Below, piece after piece: positions 1 through 18,599 of a stretch of 64,000 bases of DNA. The stretch lies in NCBI GenBank assembly GCA_964016885.1, contig OZ024746.1, forward strand, positions 93,806,001 through 93,870,000. The letters run 5' to 3'. How positions within the stretch are numbered: position 1 is the stretch's first letter; each line of letters starts with the position of its first letter. The notes under the pieces are model-generated. The model was not told the origin of the DNA and did not search any database. It saw only the letters and a program-made list of their open reading frames with translations. The stretch comes from Eledone cirrhosa. Lineage: Eukaryota. Both the position numbers and the translations under genes were made by a program.

Positions 1-3000
1 AGCCTTAACATATACATACATGGATAGTTTTACACATTCCCCACTCTCAAATATATATATATTATATTATATATATATATTGCATGTGTTTCCGCTCTGC
101 TGTTGAAACTGTTGTGGGGGTAGGAAGGAAACTTGTCTACGATAATGATGCTGTTGCCATGGAGACTATAGTAGAAAGTTAATGATTTTTTTTTTTTCCT
201 TGCTGCCTTCAGTCATTGAACAGCAATGGGGCCCTTCATTCAACCCCACAACTTTGTGTAGTGCTATATATATTTTATCTTTCTATTAGTCGAACTACTA
301 TTATAGAAGGGGCCCCTGAAACACAGGATTTAAGTGTAAACACACACACACGTATATCGGGGCTGTAAGATGTTTGTTCAAGTTACAATGGGCTCGATCC
401 ACGAGTTTAAAAACGAACTTATCCATAAAGCCATACCTTTTTAAAACCAGTTTCTTTTATGTTGTGGTTTATCTTTGGGTCAATTTGATTGAACAAAACT
501 TAAAGGCTATCCAGTCTTTTTTCTCAGTATATGTACAATTTACGTCATATTTTTGTATTTTTGTATGACTGTTGGGTGAGATTTGAAGATTTGGTTGCCC
601 TTTCTAGACATCACTGTTCTTAAGTTGGGCTCCATCTCATTAAGGAAATGTCTGGAGTGAAATATGGTTGACGGAAATTGTGTGGAAGTCCGTTTTATGG
701 ATTATTTCTAATCTTGGATGGTAGATTTAAGTCATTGCCAACTGGTACTTGCAGGCATTCAGGTCAAATCCCAGTTCTTCGGGTAACTTCCTTCCTTTCA
801 AAATCGTTGAACAATCATCTTGAGGTTTTCTTTGTCTTGGTGGTTTAAACATATTTCTATCATCATCATCAAAGTGATGGATTGGCCGAACCGTTAGAGC
901 TTTGGATGATATTCCTTACAGTATTTAATTACGGTCCTTACGTTCAAATTTTGTTGAGGACAGTTTTACCTTTCATCTTTCCGGTATCAATAAAGTACCC
1001 GTCAAGTTCTGAAGTCTAAATAATCGAATCCAGTAGTTAACTGGTTTTGTGCCTAAATCAGAACTACAGTTATTATAGTCATAGGCTGACCTTTGCAAAG
1101 ACCCCGATGTCCAGTTTGAACGTCTGAACTCCATATGATTAACCTTTGAATGTTGTAGTGTGCAGTATAGTCAGCAGCTGGGAAGAGGCAAGGGAGATCT
1201 GGGGTGGGGTTGCACTTACTCCCTCAGCTATCTACATGTAGGTCTCCGCTCGGTCAAAGCTGACCTGTGATAACATAGTGGACTTCCCTCAGGATGTTAT
1301 TGTTTAGCCTTAGATCAACCTTGATTGAACCGATCTGTTTATGGTGAAAGGTATTCAAGAGGTGACAACACTCTTCGTCTTTTGTCTAGCCTTACGCTAT
1401 AAAGAACCACATTATCCAAAAATGTCCTTCTCTATTTAAGTCGATAGGATATGATTTGATTGATATTTGGCTGCTGTTTCCACTAGGCTGAGCAACTGCC
1501 TATGAAGAATCTCCCTCTCGAACTGATGGCGGTGGTGTTAAACCGGGTTATTATTTAAGTCTACCACCATAGCTTATATTACAGCCTGTAGATCTCTTGC
1601 AGAGCTACAGGCTGTAAATGTTAATTTGTTTTATTTAAATTGTCATGCGTTTTAAGACTGTAGGGTGTGATCTAATCCATTCATGCGTATATTTACTCTG
1701 CTTTCTTAACTAGGGAGAGGAAGATAGGAAGCAAACTTTTTTTCTTTTTGATTCAAGCATAATATGCGGCATGCATTGTCATCTATATTGTGCATTGTTG
1801 ACAGACAGCAACGGTTCACTTGTCTTTCTGTTTCCCATGGGTGTTAACACATGCACTGTCACGTACTCTCTCTTATATGTTCAGAATTGCTCTTTGTCTC
1901 TCTCTTACGTTGACTATCACATCTTTTCGACTGAATCCACACATTTTTGAGGGATGGATCACTCCAATAACTGCACACACGCACACACATTGCTCCGTGT
2001 ATTATCATTCTCTCTCTCTTTACATATACACACACGCGCGCATTTCTATGGATATACATATGTAATAGTGAACCGGGGTGATGGGTGCTTTCTTTCTATT
2101 TGTGTGTATTCTATCATTCTCTTTATACACACCACCCAGTGTGGTGTGTGTGCTCTTTTTTCTACGCGCGCGCGCACACACGTGTGTATGTATTTTTTTT
2201 TTTCTAGATCGTTGGTCTTTTAACATGCTCCTAAAGCCTTGTGGCTAGAATTCCTTTACGTTGTTGATTAATCTATTAAATTCAATAGTTAAATCTCCAT
2301 CATTACACCCTATCATCTTACGATGTTAAGGGCACACTTGGGTTGATCTAGTCCTTGATACCCTTAAATTAAAGTTGGCCACGACAGGAGCTCATCGGTT
2401 AGAACTGATTTCTCGCTCTTTTCTTGTACACACTGTCGCCTTCTCTCTCTTCTCTTTCTTTATATGGTCACGGCTAGAATGCTTTTGATAATAGGTCTGC
2501 TTAATCAGAGCAAAACTGACACTAAACCTGAACAAAACACGTATAAATATTATTTGTAAACATGTGCACACACACACACACACTAAAATTTCATGTGTCG
2601 ACACCAGCAGTGATAACTGAGCTGTTTCAGTTTTCCCTCATGTTTTAATATATTCTTTGGTACATTGTCCTTTTCTGACTCAATTTTGCCCGCTTTCTCG
2701 CTACTCTCCTTTAATGGTGACTAGTTGTGACTTTCTACGTGGAACAAGGCACCACTTCGTAATGATGCATATATATCTATATATACACACACCTGATCTT
2801 TCATGGTTAACTTGGGACTAAAGGACCTATTAAACTTGTTGAATATTAGCACACACATTTTCAGTGACAAATTAAAAAAGAAAGTTAAAAAACGAGTAGT
2901 TAATAACACCTGGAGGCATCTTAAACAAATGGGAGAAGAATGCCAGGCAAAGCTGGCCAAAGTAAGATACAAAGAGGACCAGGTAAATACAAGGGTTTGA

Positions 3001-3206
3001 GTTCGGCCTTCCGCGTCTATACACTAATAACTATAACGAACCAGCATGAGAACCTGCAGCACTAGCTTATATATATATGTGTGTGTGTGTGTACTTTTAA
3101 TGATCTTCAGACACGTTAGAAACTGCAACACTTGGAAAAATTAGGGTTTGTGTGAATTTTCAGTCTTTGCTGTGTGTCTGTTAGTGTTCATGGTTGTCGG
3201 TTTTCT

Positions 3207-3267
<61 letters not shown>

Positions 3268-3275
<8 letters not shown>

Positions 3276-3598
3276 AGATCAAAAGATGGTTAAAGGAGTT
3301 CCATGTATTTTATTATGCGCATTTCAAAAACAAACATCATCATGCAATAATATTTGTGTTTTCATCAGATAAAACAGAACATGATATGAAGGCTAAAAAA
3401 CACCTGTGGATAGTGCAGTTTTAAATCAACATATGTTGATTTAAAACTGCACTATCCACAAGTGTTTTTTAGCCTTCATATCATGTTCTCCTGTTTTATC
3501 TGATGAAAACACATATTATTGCATGATGATGTTTGTTTTTGAAATGCGCATAATAAAATACATGGAACTCCTTTAACCATCTTTTGATCTTATATTAT
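3268..3598. repeat. Near-perfect ~330-bp palindrome with no spacer, centred at 3432/3433
   Basis: Arms ataatataagatcaaaagatgg...aaatcaacat | atgttgattt...ccatcttttgatcttatattat, with only a few mismatches or indels. Confidence 0.95.
3492..3560 (+). ncRNA. Hammerhead motif with palindromic stem III (mirror copy on minus strand, about 3305-3375)
   Basis: UGUUUUAU-CUGAUGA-[stem II]-GAAA-UGCGCAU-A-AUAAAAUA; 8-bp stem I and AUA triplet. Confidence 0.68.
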
Positions 3599-3684
3599 GT
3601 ATACTCCAGTCCTACAAACTGTAGAGTGCTTCTTATCCGATATCTGCATTGCTTTATTGTACTACAATAAAACTCACCTCCTAC

Positions 3685-3725
<41 letters not shown>

Positions 3726-5639
3726 TTGTCACGGTATCCATGTGTCAATGTATCTCTTACGTGTGTGCTCATGTTTCTGCAGATGCAAATACGAGTTAGA
3801 TGATTGTGGCTGTTTATGATTTTATTAATGTAGTTTATTCATTTTAAATAAACTATAATGAACCAGCGAGTTACTGAATGTGGCAGCGTGAGGTTCTTGT
3901 TTTTATATTTTCTCTATCGACTCCAGTTTAGTCTCTTAAATGTCATCTTGCTCTGTCTGTCAAGGCCATATTAAAACAAATGAAGAGAACAATTATAGTC
4001 GTATTAGTTTACGTTTGTGGAGGGAAAGAAAAGGTTATATTTATCTCTACTTTCATCTAGAAATAAACGCCAGTCTCCTCTACCAGGCTAAAATCCACAT
4101 TGTCATATCAGTGTTTTTATTGTATATCTTTGGTATTTCTGCAGGAGATAGTGCCTGAAGCTATTAGTTAGACTTCCATGATCGGTTATTACTATATTCT
4201 ATAGTTATGCAATAATGGAAAAAGATGTACAATTTCTTGCAGAGGATTTTTCTGGATTCAAACTTTATATATATATATATAAAGTTCATTTCAAGTTTCT
4301 GCCAAAGAATCGACATATTTTAGAAACTTCTTGTAGGCGTCTCTGAAATGTTCTTGCTGAAATTGTTACAAAGTTATTGAATTTGTCTCGTGTCGACCTT
4401 AATGCGTTCAAAATCGACTTGGTATTTTGTCCTCGGGCGAGAATCGAAATCATGACCTTAAAATTATTAAATTTAAAATTTTTTTTCGAATAAATTTATG
4501 AAAAACAAATATTTTTTTTAATTCTATGTCCCCCCCCCCCCCTCTTCCCTTTGCAATTGACAATATTCGTTCAGCTTGATATGCAGACATCTCTATTTAT
4601 ATTTTATCTATTTTGTTTTGATTCTTTTTCAGTTCTAACCTTATCTAGAAAATTCCATATCTTCACAACTCCCATAGTTCCTCCCTCTACCATGACAAAC
4701 GAATTGGCAGAGTAGTAGAAGTTAGGGTGTCGGATTAAATAACTCGGTATCTTTACTTTCAAATCCCACCTCATTCTACTTGGTAGTTTCGATAGTCAAT
4801 ATAAAGACTAAAGGAAATATCGTTTCCTTAGTTTTATTTGACGATCGGTCATTTTTCTGTAAAAAAATTTCTAAAACGCTCTGCAAAAAGAAGACTGCGT
4901 TCTTGGTTCGCCATTATTTGATTTTACTGTAAAAACCTCCATTTTCATGTTCTTGATTAATTTAAACTCACCCATATTTAAACTGATTTTATTTGTAACA
5001 ATTTAATCACCATCTTCTCGTAACTGATGATGCCAGTCATTAATGTGACACTTTAGACGTTTTGGGTTTTGGCAGTCATCAATCGCCGCTGATCTGTCCT
5101 TCGTTATACACAGAAGGGGTCACAGGTTTGCGACCTATGCACTCGGACTAGAATATTTTCTATGATTACATATATCTGAATGTGATGTAAACACATCGAA
5201 GGTACGGAAAATACTCCAGACAAGCAAACGACATTCTTCATGAAACTTTTAATAATATATATAGAGACACTGTTCTGCAATAGTTACCAAGTAATTTGAC
5301 GAAGAAGAATCTTAAATAATTTGCCTTCTGAAAAATGGTCTGGTTAGTCATTCTACAAACTATCACCAAAGCAGAAAATAAACACTTCAGTAACACAGAG
5401 AAAATAAATGTGTTCCTGACTTAATTTTAAATCCTCAGTCATTAGAACTCTACAAAACTTTATATCATTTTACTGCCCTGTTTTTGGTCTTCTCCTTCAA
5501 CAGCTTCTACCAGATACATGCATTCTTAATGGAATGGATTTTACCATCGATTTAAAAAAAATTTTTTTTTTATAAAATCAGTTTTGTTCAAAGTGGGAGG
5601 CAATTTAAATATGAACCTTGTCATGTATGTATATTCTTC

Positions 5640-5745
5640 TTATGTGTGTGTGTTTATATATATATACATATATTTATACACACACATATATATATCTATA
5701 CACACATATATATCTATACACACACACATATATATATATATCTAT

Positions 5746-5808
<63 letters not shown>

Positions 5809-5915
5809 TATATATATATATATATATCTATACACACACATATATATACACACATATATATATATACACACATATATATCTACACACACACACGCACGCA
5901 CGCGCGCACATATAT
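5640..5915. repeat. (TA)n/(CA)n compound microsatellite
   Basis: Direct reading. Confidence 0.95.
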
Positions 5916-6042
5916 TCAAAATAGGGGACACACGGGAGAATATGAATTCAAAATGTGATTTTATGTCCGTTTTTCCATGTCCCCCGATTTTACGGGGGTT
6001 TTTTTTATGCCACATAATTTAACGATCGTTTTTCGAACCTGA

Positions 6043-6468
6043 CATACATACATGGTGGCTGCCAACTCGTTTTCGAGTACGGCCACTACTTTATATCGAT
6101 GCGCTGAACGAGTGTGACTTTTTAGTCCAGCCAGCGACTTGAAAACTCTGGTACAAACACTACACTTGTGACAATTATTGACACATAGTGCTGGGCCCAT
6201 GGTACCATGTGACGACGAGTGCAGAGAGATCTCCAGATATAAAGCAATGCCTGTGTCGTGAAGCTTTTATAGTGAACAAAAGCAATGCACAAAGACAGTT
6301 CCACTCTCTTAACCAAGATGATATTTACCAAAAAGAACAAGTCAACATCATTGGATACCATCAGGGTTGCAGGTGTTATATCAGAGTTTTCCTTCTCCAA
6401 GAATTCTGCCTTGACAAGGCTAACGGGTCATCTCTCCCGGTGATTTTGGATGGCCATTGACTCTTAAG
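6043..6468 (-). mobile_element. Short RTE/BovB-like-derived element (C2H2 finger, 3' end, (TATG)n tail); related copies at 55185-55500 and 55826-55860
   Basis: CSVCTRVFKSLAGLKSHTRSAH on the minus strand. The terminus tacatggtggctgccaactcgttttcgagtac is identical at about 55828, and 6240-6430 is homologous to 55270-55480. Confidence 0.6.
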
Positions 6469-6469
6469 A

Positions 6470-7570
<1,101 letters not shown>

Positions 7571-10026
7571 AGGCCTGTAGGCAGGAGGAGAGTAACATGG
7601 TGGTGGAACAGTAAGGTGGAGGAGTCAATTAAGGCCAAAAAGCAGGCTTGGAAAGTATGGCGGGATGGGGGAAGTAGAGTAGACTATCAAGTGGCCAGGA
7701 GGGAAGCTAGGAGAGAAGTGTACTTAGCAAGAAGGGAAGCTGAGGAAAGAAAGTTCAAGCATGTCCTACAACGCGATGACCAAAAACGTGAGGTGTTCAG
7801 GATTGCTAGGCAATGCGTCAAGGAAAACCGTGATATTGTCGGGGAGAAGTGTGTACTTAACGATGATGGCATACTTGCCATCACCGACACTGATAAGAAG
7901 GCAGCTTGGAAGTGTCACTATGAAAGGCTACTAAATGAGGAGAATAAATGGGAGAAAGACAGTCTCCCCCATGTCGACCCAATAGAGGGACCAGCAGTGT
8001 TAGTCGAGGGGAGTATAATAAGTAAGGCAATCAAGGATATGAAGACAGGTAAGGCGGCTGGGCCTTCGGAAATAGTTGCTGAGATGCTGAAGGCATCTGG
8101 CACGGTGGGACACACCATGGTCACCCGCATAGTTAACCAAGTCGTACAGAATGGGGCTGTTCCGAAGGACTGGCATAGCAGCATCATCGTTAACTGTTAT
8201 AAGGGTAAAGGAGACGCCCTAGATAGGAGTAACTATAGAGGCATTAAATTAATCGACCAGGTCATGAAGGTCACAGAAAAAGTAATAGCGCAACTAATCA
8301 GAGAGAGAATTGACCTAGATGAAATGCAGTTCGGGTTTGTGTCAGGCAAAAGTACCACAGACGCTCTTTTCATAGTACGACAACTACAGGAGAAGTACCT
8401 AGCTAAAGGTAAACCCCTCTACTTAGCTTTTGTCGACTTGGAGAAAGCCTTCGACAGAGTCCCCCGCTCCATTATCTGGTGGGCTCTTAGAAAACTAGGC
8501 GTTGACGAATGGCTTGTGAGGGCTATACAAGCCATGTATAAAGAAACAGTCAGCAAGGTTAGAATTAACAACGAATATAGTGAAGAGTTTAGCGTAAAAG
8601 TTGGCGTCCATCAGGGCTCTGTTCTCAGCCCCCTACTATTTATTATTGCCCTTCAGGCTATAACAGAGGAGTTCAAGACAGGCTGCCCATGGGAACTCCT
8701 ATACGCAGACGACCTGACACTCATAGCGGAATCAATGGCCGAGCTAGAGAAGAAATTCCAAACATGGAAGCACGGCCTAGAGTCAAAAGGACTTAAAATT
8801 AACCTGGCTAAGACCAAAGTTCTAGTTTGTAGGAAAGAAAACAAGGCGGCGGTCCCTTCTGGGAAATGGTCGTGCTCGGTGTGTAGGAAAGGCGTAGGTA
8901 GAAACTCCATTTTGTGTCCTAAATGCAAAGTATGGGTGCATAAAAGATGTAGTGGGATCACAGGTAAGCTAACTAAGAACATAGATTTTACATGTGGCCG
9001 GTGTTCTGGTGCAATAAGTAGCAGCAAGTGCCCACACAATACTAGCTCTTTCAATTGCGCAGAGGGTTCTATAGAAATAGTGGACAGCTTCCGTTACCTG
9101 GGCGATAAAATCAGCAGTGGGGGAGGGTGCTCTGAAAGTACTGTAGCTAGAGTCAGAACTGGTTGGAAAAAGTTCAGAGAGCTTATACCACTATTAGCTG
9201 CTAAAGGGTTCTCCCTAAAAATGAAAGGCAGGTTGTACGATGCCTGCATACGAACAGCAATGTTGCATGGCAGTGAGACCTGGGCATTGTGTGCAGAGGA
9301 TATACGCAGACTAGAGAGGAACGAAGCTTGCATGCTCCGCTGGATGTGTAACAGTAATATACGTGAACGGCAAAGCATAAACGAACTAAGGAAAAAATTA
9401 GAGATAAGAGGGATCAGATGTTGTTTACTCGAGAGAAGGCTACGTTGGTATGGACACGTGATGCGCATGAAAGTCGATAGCTGTATAACAAAGTGCAGGG
9501 CAATAAAGATAGACGGTAGCCACGGAATAGGCAGACCTAGAAAAACCTGGGACGAGCTGATAAACTCCGACCTCACACACTTACACCTCTCCAAGACAAT
9601 GTCACTGGACCGAGACCTTTGGCGGTACTCAGTAACAGAGAAGACCCGCCTTGCCAGTAGGCATCTCTAACAAAATACACCCCGTCCCACCACCACCACC
9701 CCCACCCCATCCACACCACCCCGTCCTATGTAAAGTTATGTTGGTGCCGCGCCATCCGGGCCGAAACAAATGAGATCGTGTAGGTGTCACGACAAAAAAA
9801 CACACAGTCCACGCTGTAATGTGGCCGTGTAGGCAACACGGTAAAAACCTCCCAGACCCACACTGTAAATGTGGTTGGTGTTAGGAAGGGCATCCAACTG
9901 TAGAAAACCTGCCAGACAGTCCTATGCGAGCAAGACAATCACTCTTGCCTCAAGTGGGACTACCCCCGTCCAAACCCATGCAAGCGTGGAACACGGACGT
10001 TAAACGTTGATGATGATGATGATGAT
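7571..10026 (+). mobile_element. RTE-clade LINE, 5'-truncated and young, with 3' UTR and (TGA)n tail, inserted in (TA)n
   Basis: Frame open from the junction ([13 protein letters not shown]) to the stop at 9670. Motifs [48 protein letters not shown] and GRPRKTW. Tail tgatgatgat at 10008-10026. No endonuclease domain (truncated). Confidence 0.95.
7616..9670 (+). CDS. Reverse transcriptase of the RTE LINE (partial ORF) with an internal PHD-like zinc finger
   Basis: 684-aa uninterrupted ORF with all RT motifs; C4HC3 cluster at 8873-9004. Confidence 0.92.
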   Translation: MEESIKAKKQAWKVWRDGGSRVDYQVARREARREVYLARREAEERKFKHVLQRDDQKREVFRIARQCVKENRDIVGEKCVLNDDGILAITDTDKKAAWKCHYERLLNEENKWEKDSLPHVDPIEGPAVLVEGSIISKAIKDMKTGKAAGPSEIVAEMLKASGTVGHTMVTRIVNQVVQNGAVPKDWHSSIIVNCYKGKGDALDRSNYRGIKLIDQVMKVTEKVIAQLIRERIDLDEMQFGFVSGKSTTDALFIVRQLQEKYLAKGKPLYLAFVDLEKAFDRVPRSIIWWALRKLGVDEWLVRAIQAMYKETVSKVRINNEYSEEFSVKVGVHQGSVLSPLLFIIALQAITEEFKTGCPWELLYADDLTLIAESMAELEKKFQTWKHGLESKGLKINLAKTKVLVCRKENKAAVPSGKWSCSVCRKGVGRNSILCPKCKVWVHKRCSGITGKLTKNIDFTCGRCSGAISSSKCPHNTSSFNCAEGSIEIVDSFRYLGDKISSGGGCSESTVARVRTGWKKFRELIPLLAAKGFSLKMKGRLYDACIRTAMLHGSETWALCAEDIRRLERNEACMLRWMCNSNIRERQSINELRKKLEIRGIRCCLLERRLRWYGHVMRMKVDSCITKCRAIKIDGSHGIGRPRKTWDELINSDLTHLHLSKTMSLDRDLWRYSVTEKTRLASRHL

Positions 10027-14090
<4,064 letters not shown>

Positions 14091-14405
14091 CGTGTAGGCA
14101 ACACGGTAAAAACCTCCCAGCCCCACACTGTAAATGTGGTTGGTGTTAGGAAGGGCATCCACCTGTAGAAAACCCGCCAGACAGTCCACGCTGTAATGTG
14201 GCCGTGTAGGCAACACGGTAAAAACCTCCCAGCCCCACACTGTAAATGTGGTTGGTGTTAGGAAGGGCATCCAACTGTAGAAAACCTGCCAGACAGTCCT
14301 ATGCGAGCAAGACAACCACTCTTGCCTCAAGTGGGAAAACCCCCGTCCAAACCCATGCAAGCGTGGAACACGGACGCTAAACCTGATGATGATGATGATG
14401 ATGAT
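14091..14405 (+). mobile_element. 3' UTR-only copy of the same RTE with a 112-bp internal tandem duplication and (TGA)n tail
   Basis: Nearly identical to 9826-10026; cgtgtaggcaacacgg occurs at 14091 and 14203; flanked by (TA)n. Confidence 0.92.
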
Positions 14406-15523
<1,118 letters not shown>

Positions 15524-17630
15524 TTGTGTGTAATGGACTTTTCAAATTTTCATAGGATGGGTTTTCTTTTTCAGCTTCACGGACTCTGTTAGTAAAATTA
15601 ATTTCCATTAGTGTATTTGTGGGTGCATGGATTAGCTTTTTACGAAGAGTTTTTGCACGGGGTCCTTCATTGTTTCAACAAGTGTTGGACTTCTACAGGA
15701 CCATACTACCTGTTAGAAATAGCAACCAATCTTCCCTCCAATCACAACCTATCTTCTACCTATAAAAAATAAAAAAAAAGGATGGTATATTCATAACTAC
15801 AATACTTTCCATATTCTGTTTAACCATAGACTTCATGTCAACTGAACTCGTTACTGCAGCTTCTGAAGTCACATTGTCCTGTCAAAATATTTTATTGGTT
15901 ACCCCTTACCTGTGATTAGAGATTAAATTTGCCTTTCATCCTTACAGGGTCGATAAAATATAGCACCAGTAATGCACTGGGATAATTGCTGGCCTTGTGC
16001 CCAAAGTAGAAACAATTATTTGTTTCTACTTTTTGGCACAAGGCCAGCAAATACCCAGTGCATTACTGGTACTTCATTTTATCGATCTCGTAAGGATGAT
16101 TTAATGTCGATGGATTAGCAGAACCCTTAAAACATCAGATAAATGTTGCTTTGCAGTATTTGCTCTGGTGCTTTACATTCTGAGTTCAAATTCCACCAAA
16201 GTTAACTTAGCCTTTCGACCCTTCTGGGTCAATAAAAAGAAAGCTTTGTCTTGGACTCGATAAACCTACTTTTCCATCTGCCAAAATTGCTCTTTGTATC
16301 TAAATTAGAAATATATAAGAATGTGATATTTGTTGACAGTAAACTAATCATTGATCACTTTGTACTTGTTAAAAATTTGACAGTTGGAATTCTACATTGA
16401 AAATTAATCAATCCTTTCACATTTATTGCCATGTATATATAAGTATGTGTGTATATAAACTATATAAAACACTGCTCTTTTGACATTTCTTTTTGTGTGT
16501 CCCACAATCTTCCTGATATAGGCAGCCCAACAGTTAACTGTTCAAATAGTGGTTTTTGTTATGTGTGTTGGTTGACTGATTTCTGTTTTTATATGGCTAC
16601 TGGGGCTAAAGTTGTTTGGTAGTTATTTAGTTTTAGTGTCAGGTCAGGTCTGATGCAACACAGTTCCTGTCATGACCATCCCATCTAACAATACAGTACA
16701 TTTAGCTTTTTAATGAATTTTTATTAAATTTTGTGATAGTAAATCTAGGTAGGAAACCACCTCAAATCAGCCTACAATGGAGCATCTGTGTGGCATCTCA
16801 ACCTGCCTTAAATGAGTCAATCCTTGCCCTAAAATCATTAAAAATCAAAATACACCTTTAATCTTGTATTCTTACATAAATGAGATGGTCACAGCTGGAT
16901 TGCCTTTCACTCATAAATCAGCTCAATTGGAGATGACCTGGGGTTAAGCAACTGAGATATTTGTCAATTTCAATCATTTCAAAGGGTTTTCAAGCTGCTA
17001 TATTCATAAACTGTAGCAACTTGTTCCCTAGGAATAAAATGAAAACAAACCTATAATCCACCACCTCACTTATGTTTGGTATAATAGAAATAATTAGGCC
17101 TTCATCTTAACATTGGAAATATAATATAACAAGTGGGAACATTAACGTGGAGGTAACTACAAATTGTGAAAAGAAAAAAAACTGTTACAGCTCTCTATTC
17201 TGGATTCAAATCCGACTTAGGCCAACTTTGCCTCTTGTCATAATCTAAAGTGGTGGATTAACAGAATTGTTAGAGCTTTGGACAAGATACATTGTGATAG
17301 CTCTTTACCTACTGAGTTCAAATCTCACTGTGGTCTACTTAAATGGTTTGGGGCTTTTAACATAACCATCTTGCTCATGGATGGCTTCAGCTGCAAGGAT
17401 TTTCCAGGTCTCTTGTTTGAGGATACCCCCACTTCCTCATCAGTTTTGAGGGCTTCATAAAAAGTCATAGGCACAATATCTGAAGTATTGATGAAACTGT
17501 AAATAGAATGAATCTATGATTGTATATTGGTCAGTGTATGGAATTAGAAAGTAGTTTCGAGCAGAGGTTTCCAAACTGTCATAACAGTTGATAGTATGTC
17601 ACTGATAATCTCTAGGTGTTGGAAAATTAA

Positions 17631-17831
17631 CACTTTATTTAAACTGGCTGTATCTGGCCAGAATTCTCCCACCTCTTCTGTTCAAACCAGCTATAACTGG
17701 CTACTCATACTGATGTGAAAGTATTGTTCTCAAAATAAATATCAAAATGTCATAGATTTGATATTATATGAGGTAAAGCCTTTACTGTGAAAATACAATA
17801 GTAAATATAGAGTAATGTAAATGCTAAAGGG
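17631..17831 (-). mobile_element. piggyBac-type MITE
   Basis: TTAA|CACTTTA ... ATGCTAAAGGG|TTAT; same family. Confidence 0.75.
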
Positions 17832-18347
17832 TTATGTCAATTGTTACAAATATTTAGCTATGAAATATATTTGGAATTTGATAACTCAAGTGTATAATTA
17901 AACTGGGAAGTTGATGCATTTGATATTTTGTCATGAGAAACATTTTTTTAATGTGTTGCCATTGTGTGTATATTTAGAAAGCCTTAGTGAAGGAGTATGT
18001 GCAAATTCCATGGTCATTTGTGACCAAAGGTCTTTACATTTTCCCAAGTTTAGAAAATGAAATCTTGGCAAATCTGGTTCAGAGAAATCATGTTTGGAGT
18101 GGATGTTACTAATTTTTTTCAATTTTTCCATTGACATTCCTATCAAGTAAAGAATTTGAGTCAAGGGTGCGCAGCTGTTTACTAATTAAAGGGTTAATGG
18201 TATCATCACCACTGCTCGCATCTTCCCAGGATTCTTCATACATGAGTGTATCTTATATCTCAAAAAATTCAGTATACACTTCTTGTTCTGTTTTCTTTAA
18301 TGCTTTGTTTCAGTACTGGTTGAAAAAGCACATTTAAATTTTCTATA

Positions 18348-18589
18348 GGACATGTGATGCGCATGGAGGATGACCGATGGGTGAAGTGCCAGGAAATGCC
18401 AGTTGAAGGAAGACGTGGTAGAGGTAGACCACGAAAAACATGGGCGGAGGTGGTGAGAACAGACTTCAGATCGCTGAAGCTCACGGTAGAGATGACGAAG
18501 GACCGTGACAAGTGGAGAGATGCTGTGCTGAATAAGACGCATCCCACCCTTGCAAGCAGGGAAAAGCAGATGTAAAATGATGATGATGA
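18348..18589 (+). mobile_element. RTE LINE 3' end fragment (another subfamily)
   Basis: GHVMRMEDDRWVK...GRGRPRKTW...DRDKWR followed by a tgatgatgatga tail. Confidence 0.85.
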
Positions 18590-18599
18590 AAATAGGGAG

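Noticed and set aside
5024-5081. CTGATGA followed by an inverted repeat
   Set aside because: No GAAA or stem III, so not a hammerhead; the same applies to partial cores at 34316 (+) and 56683-56697 (-).
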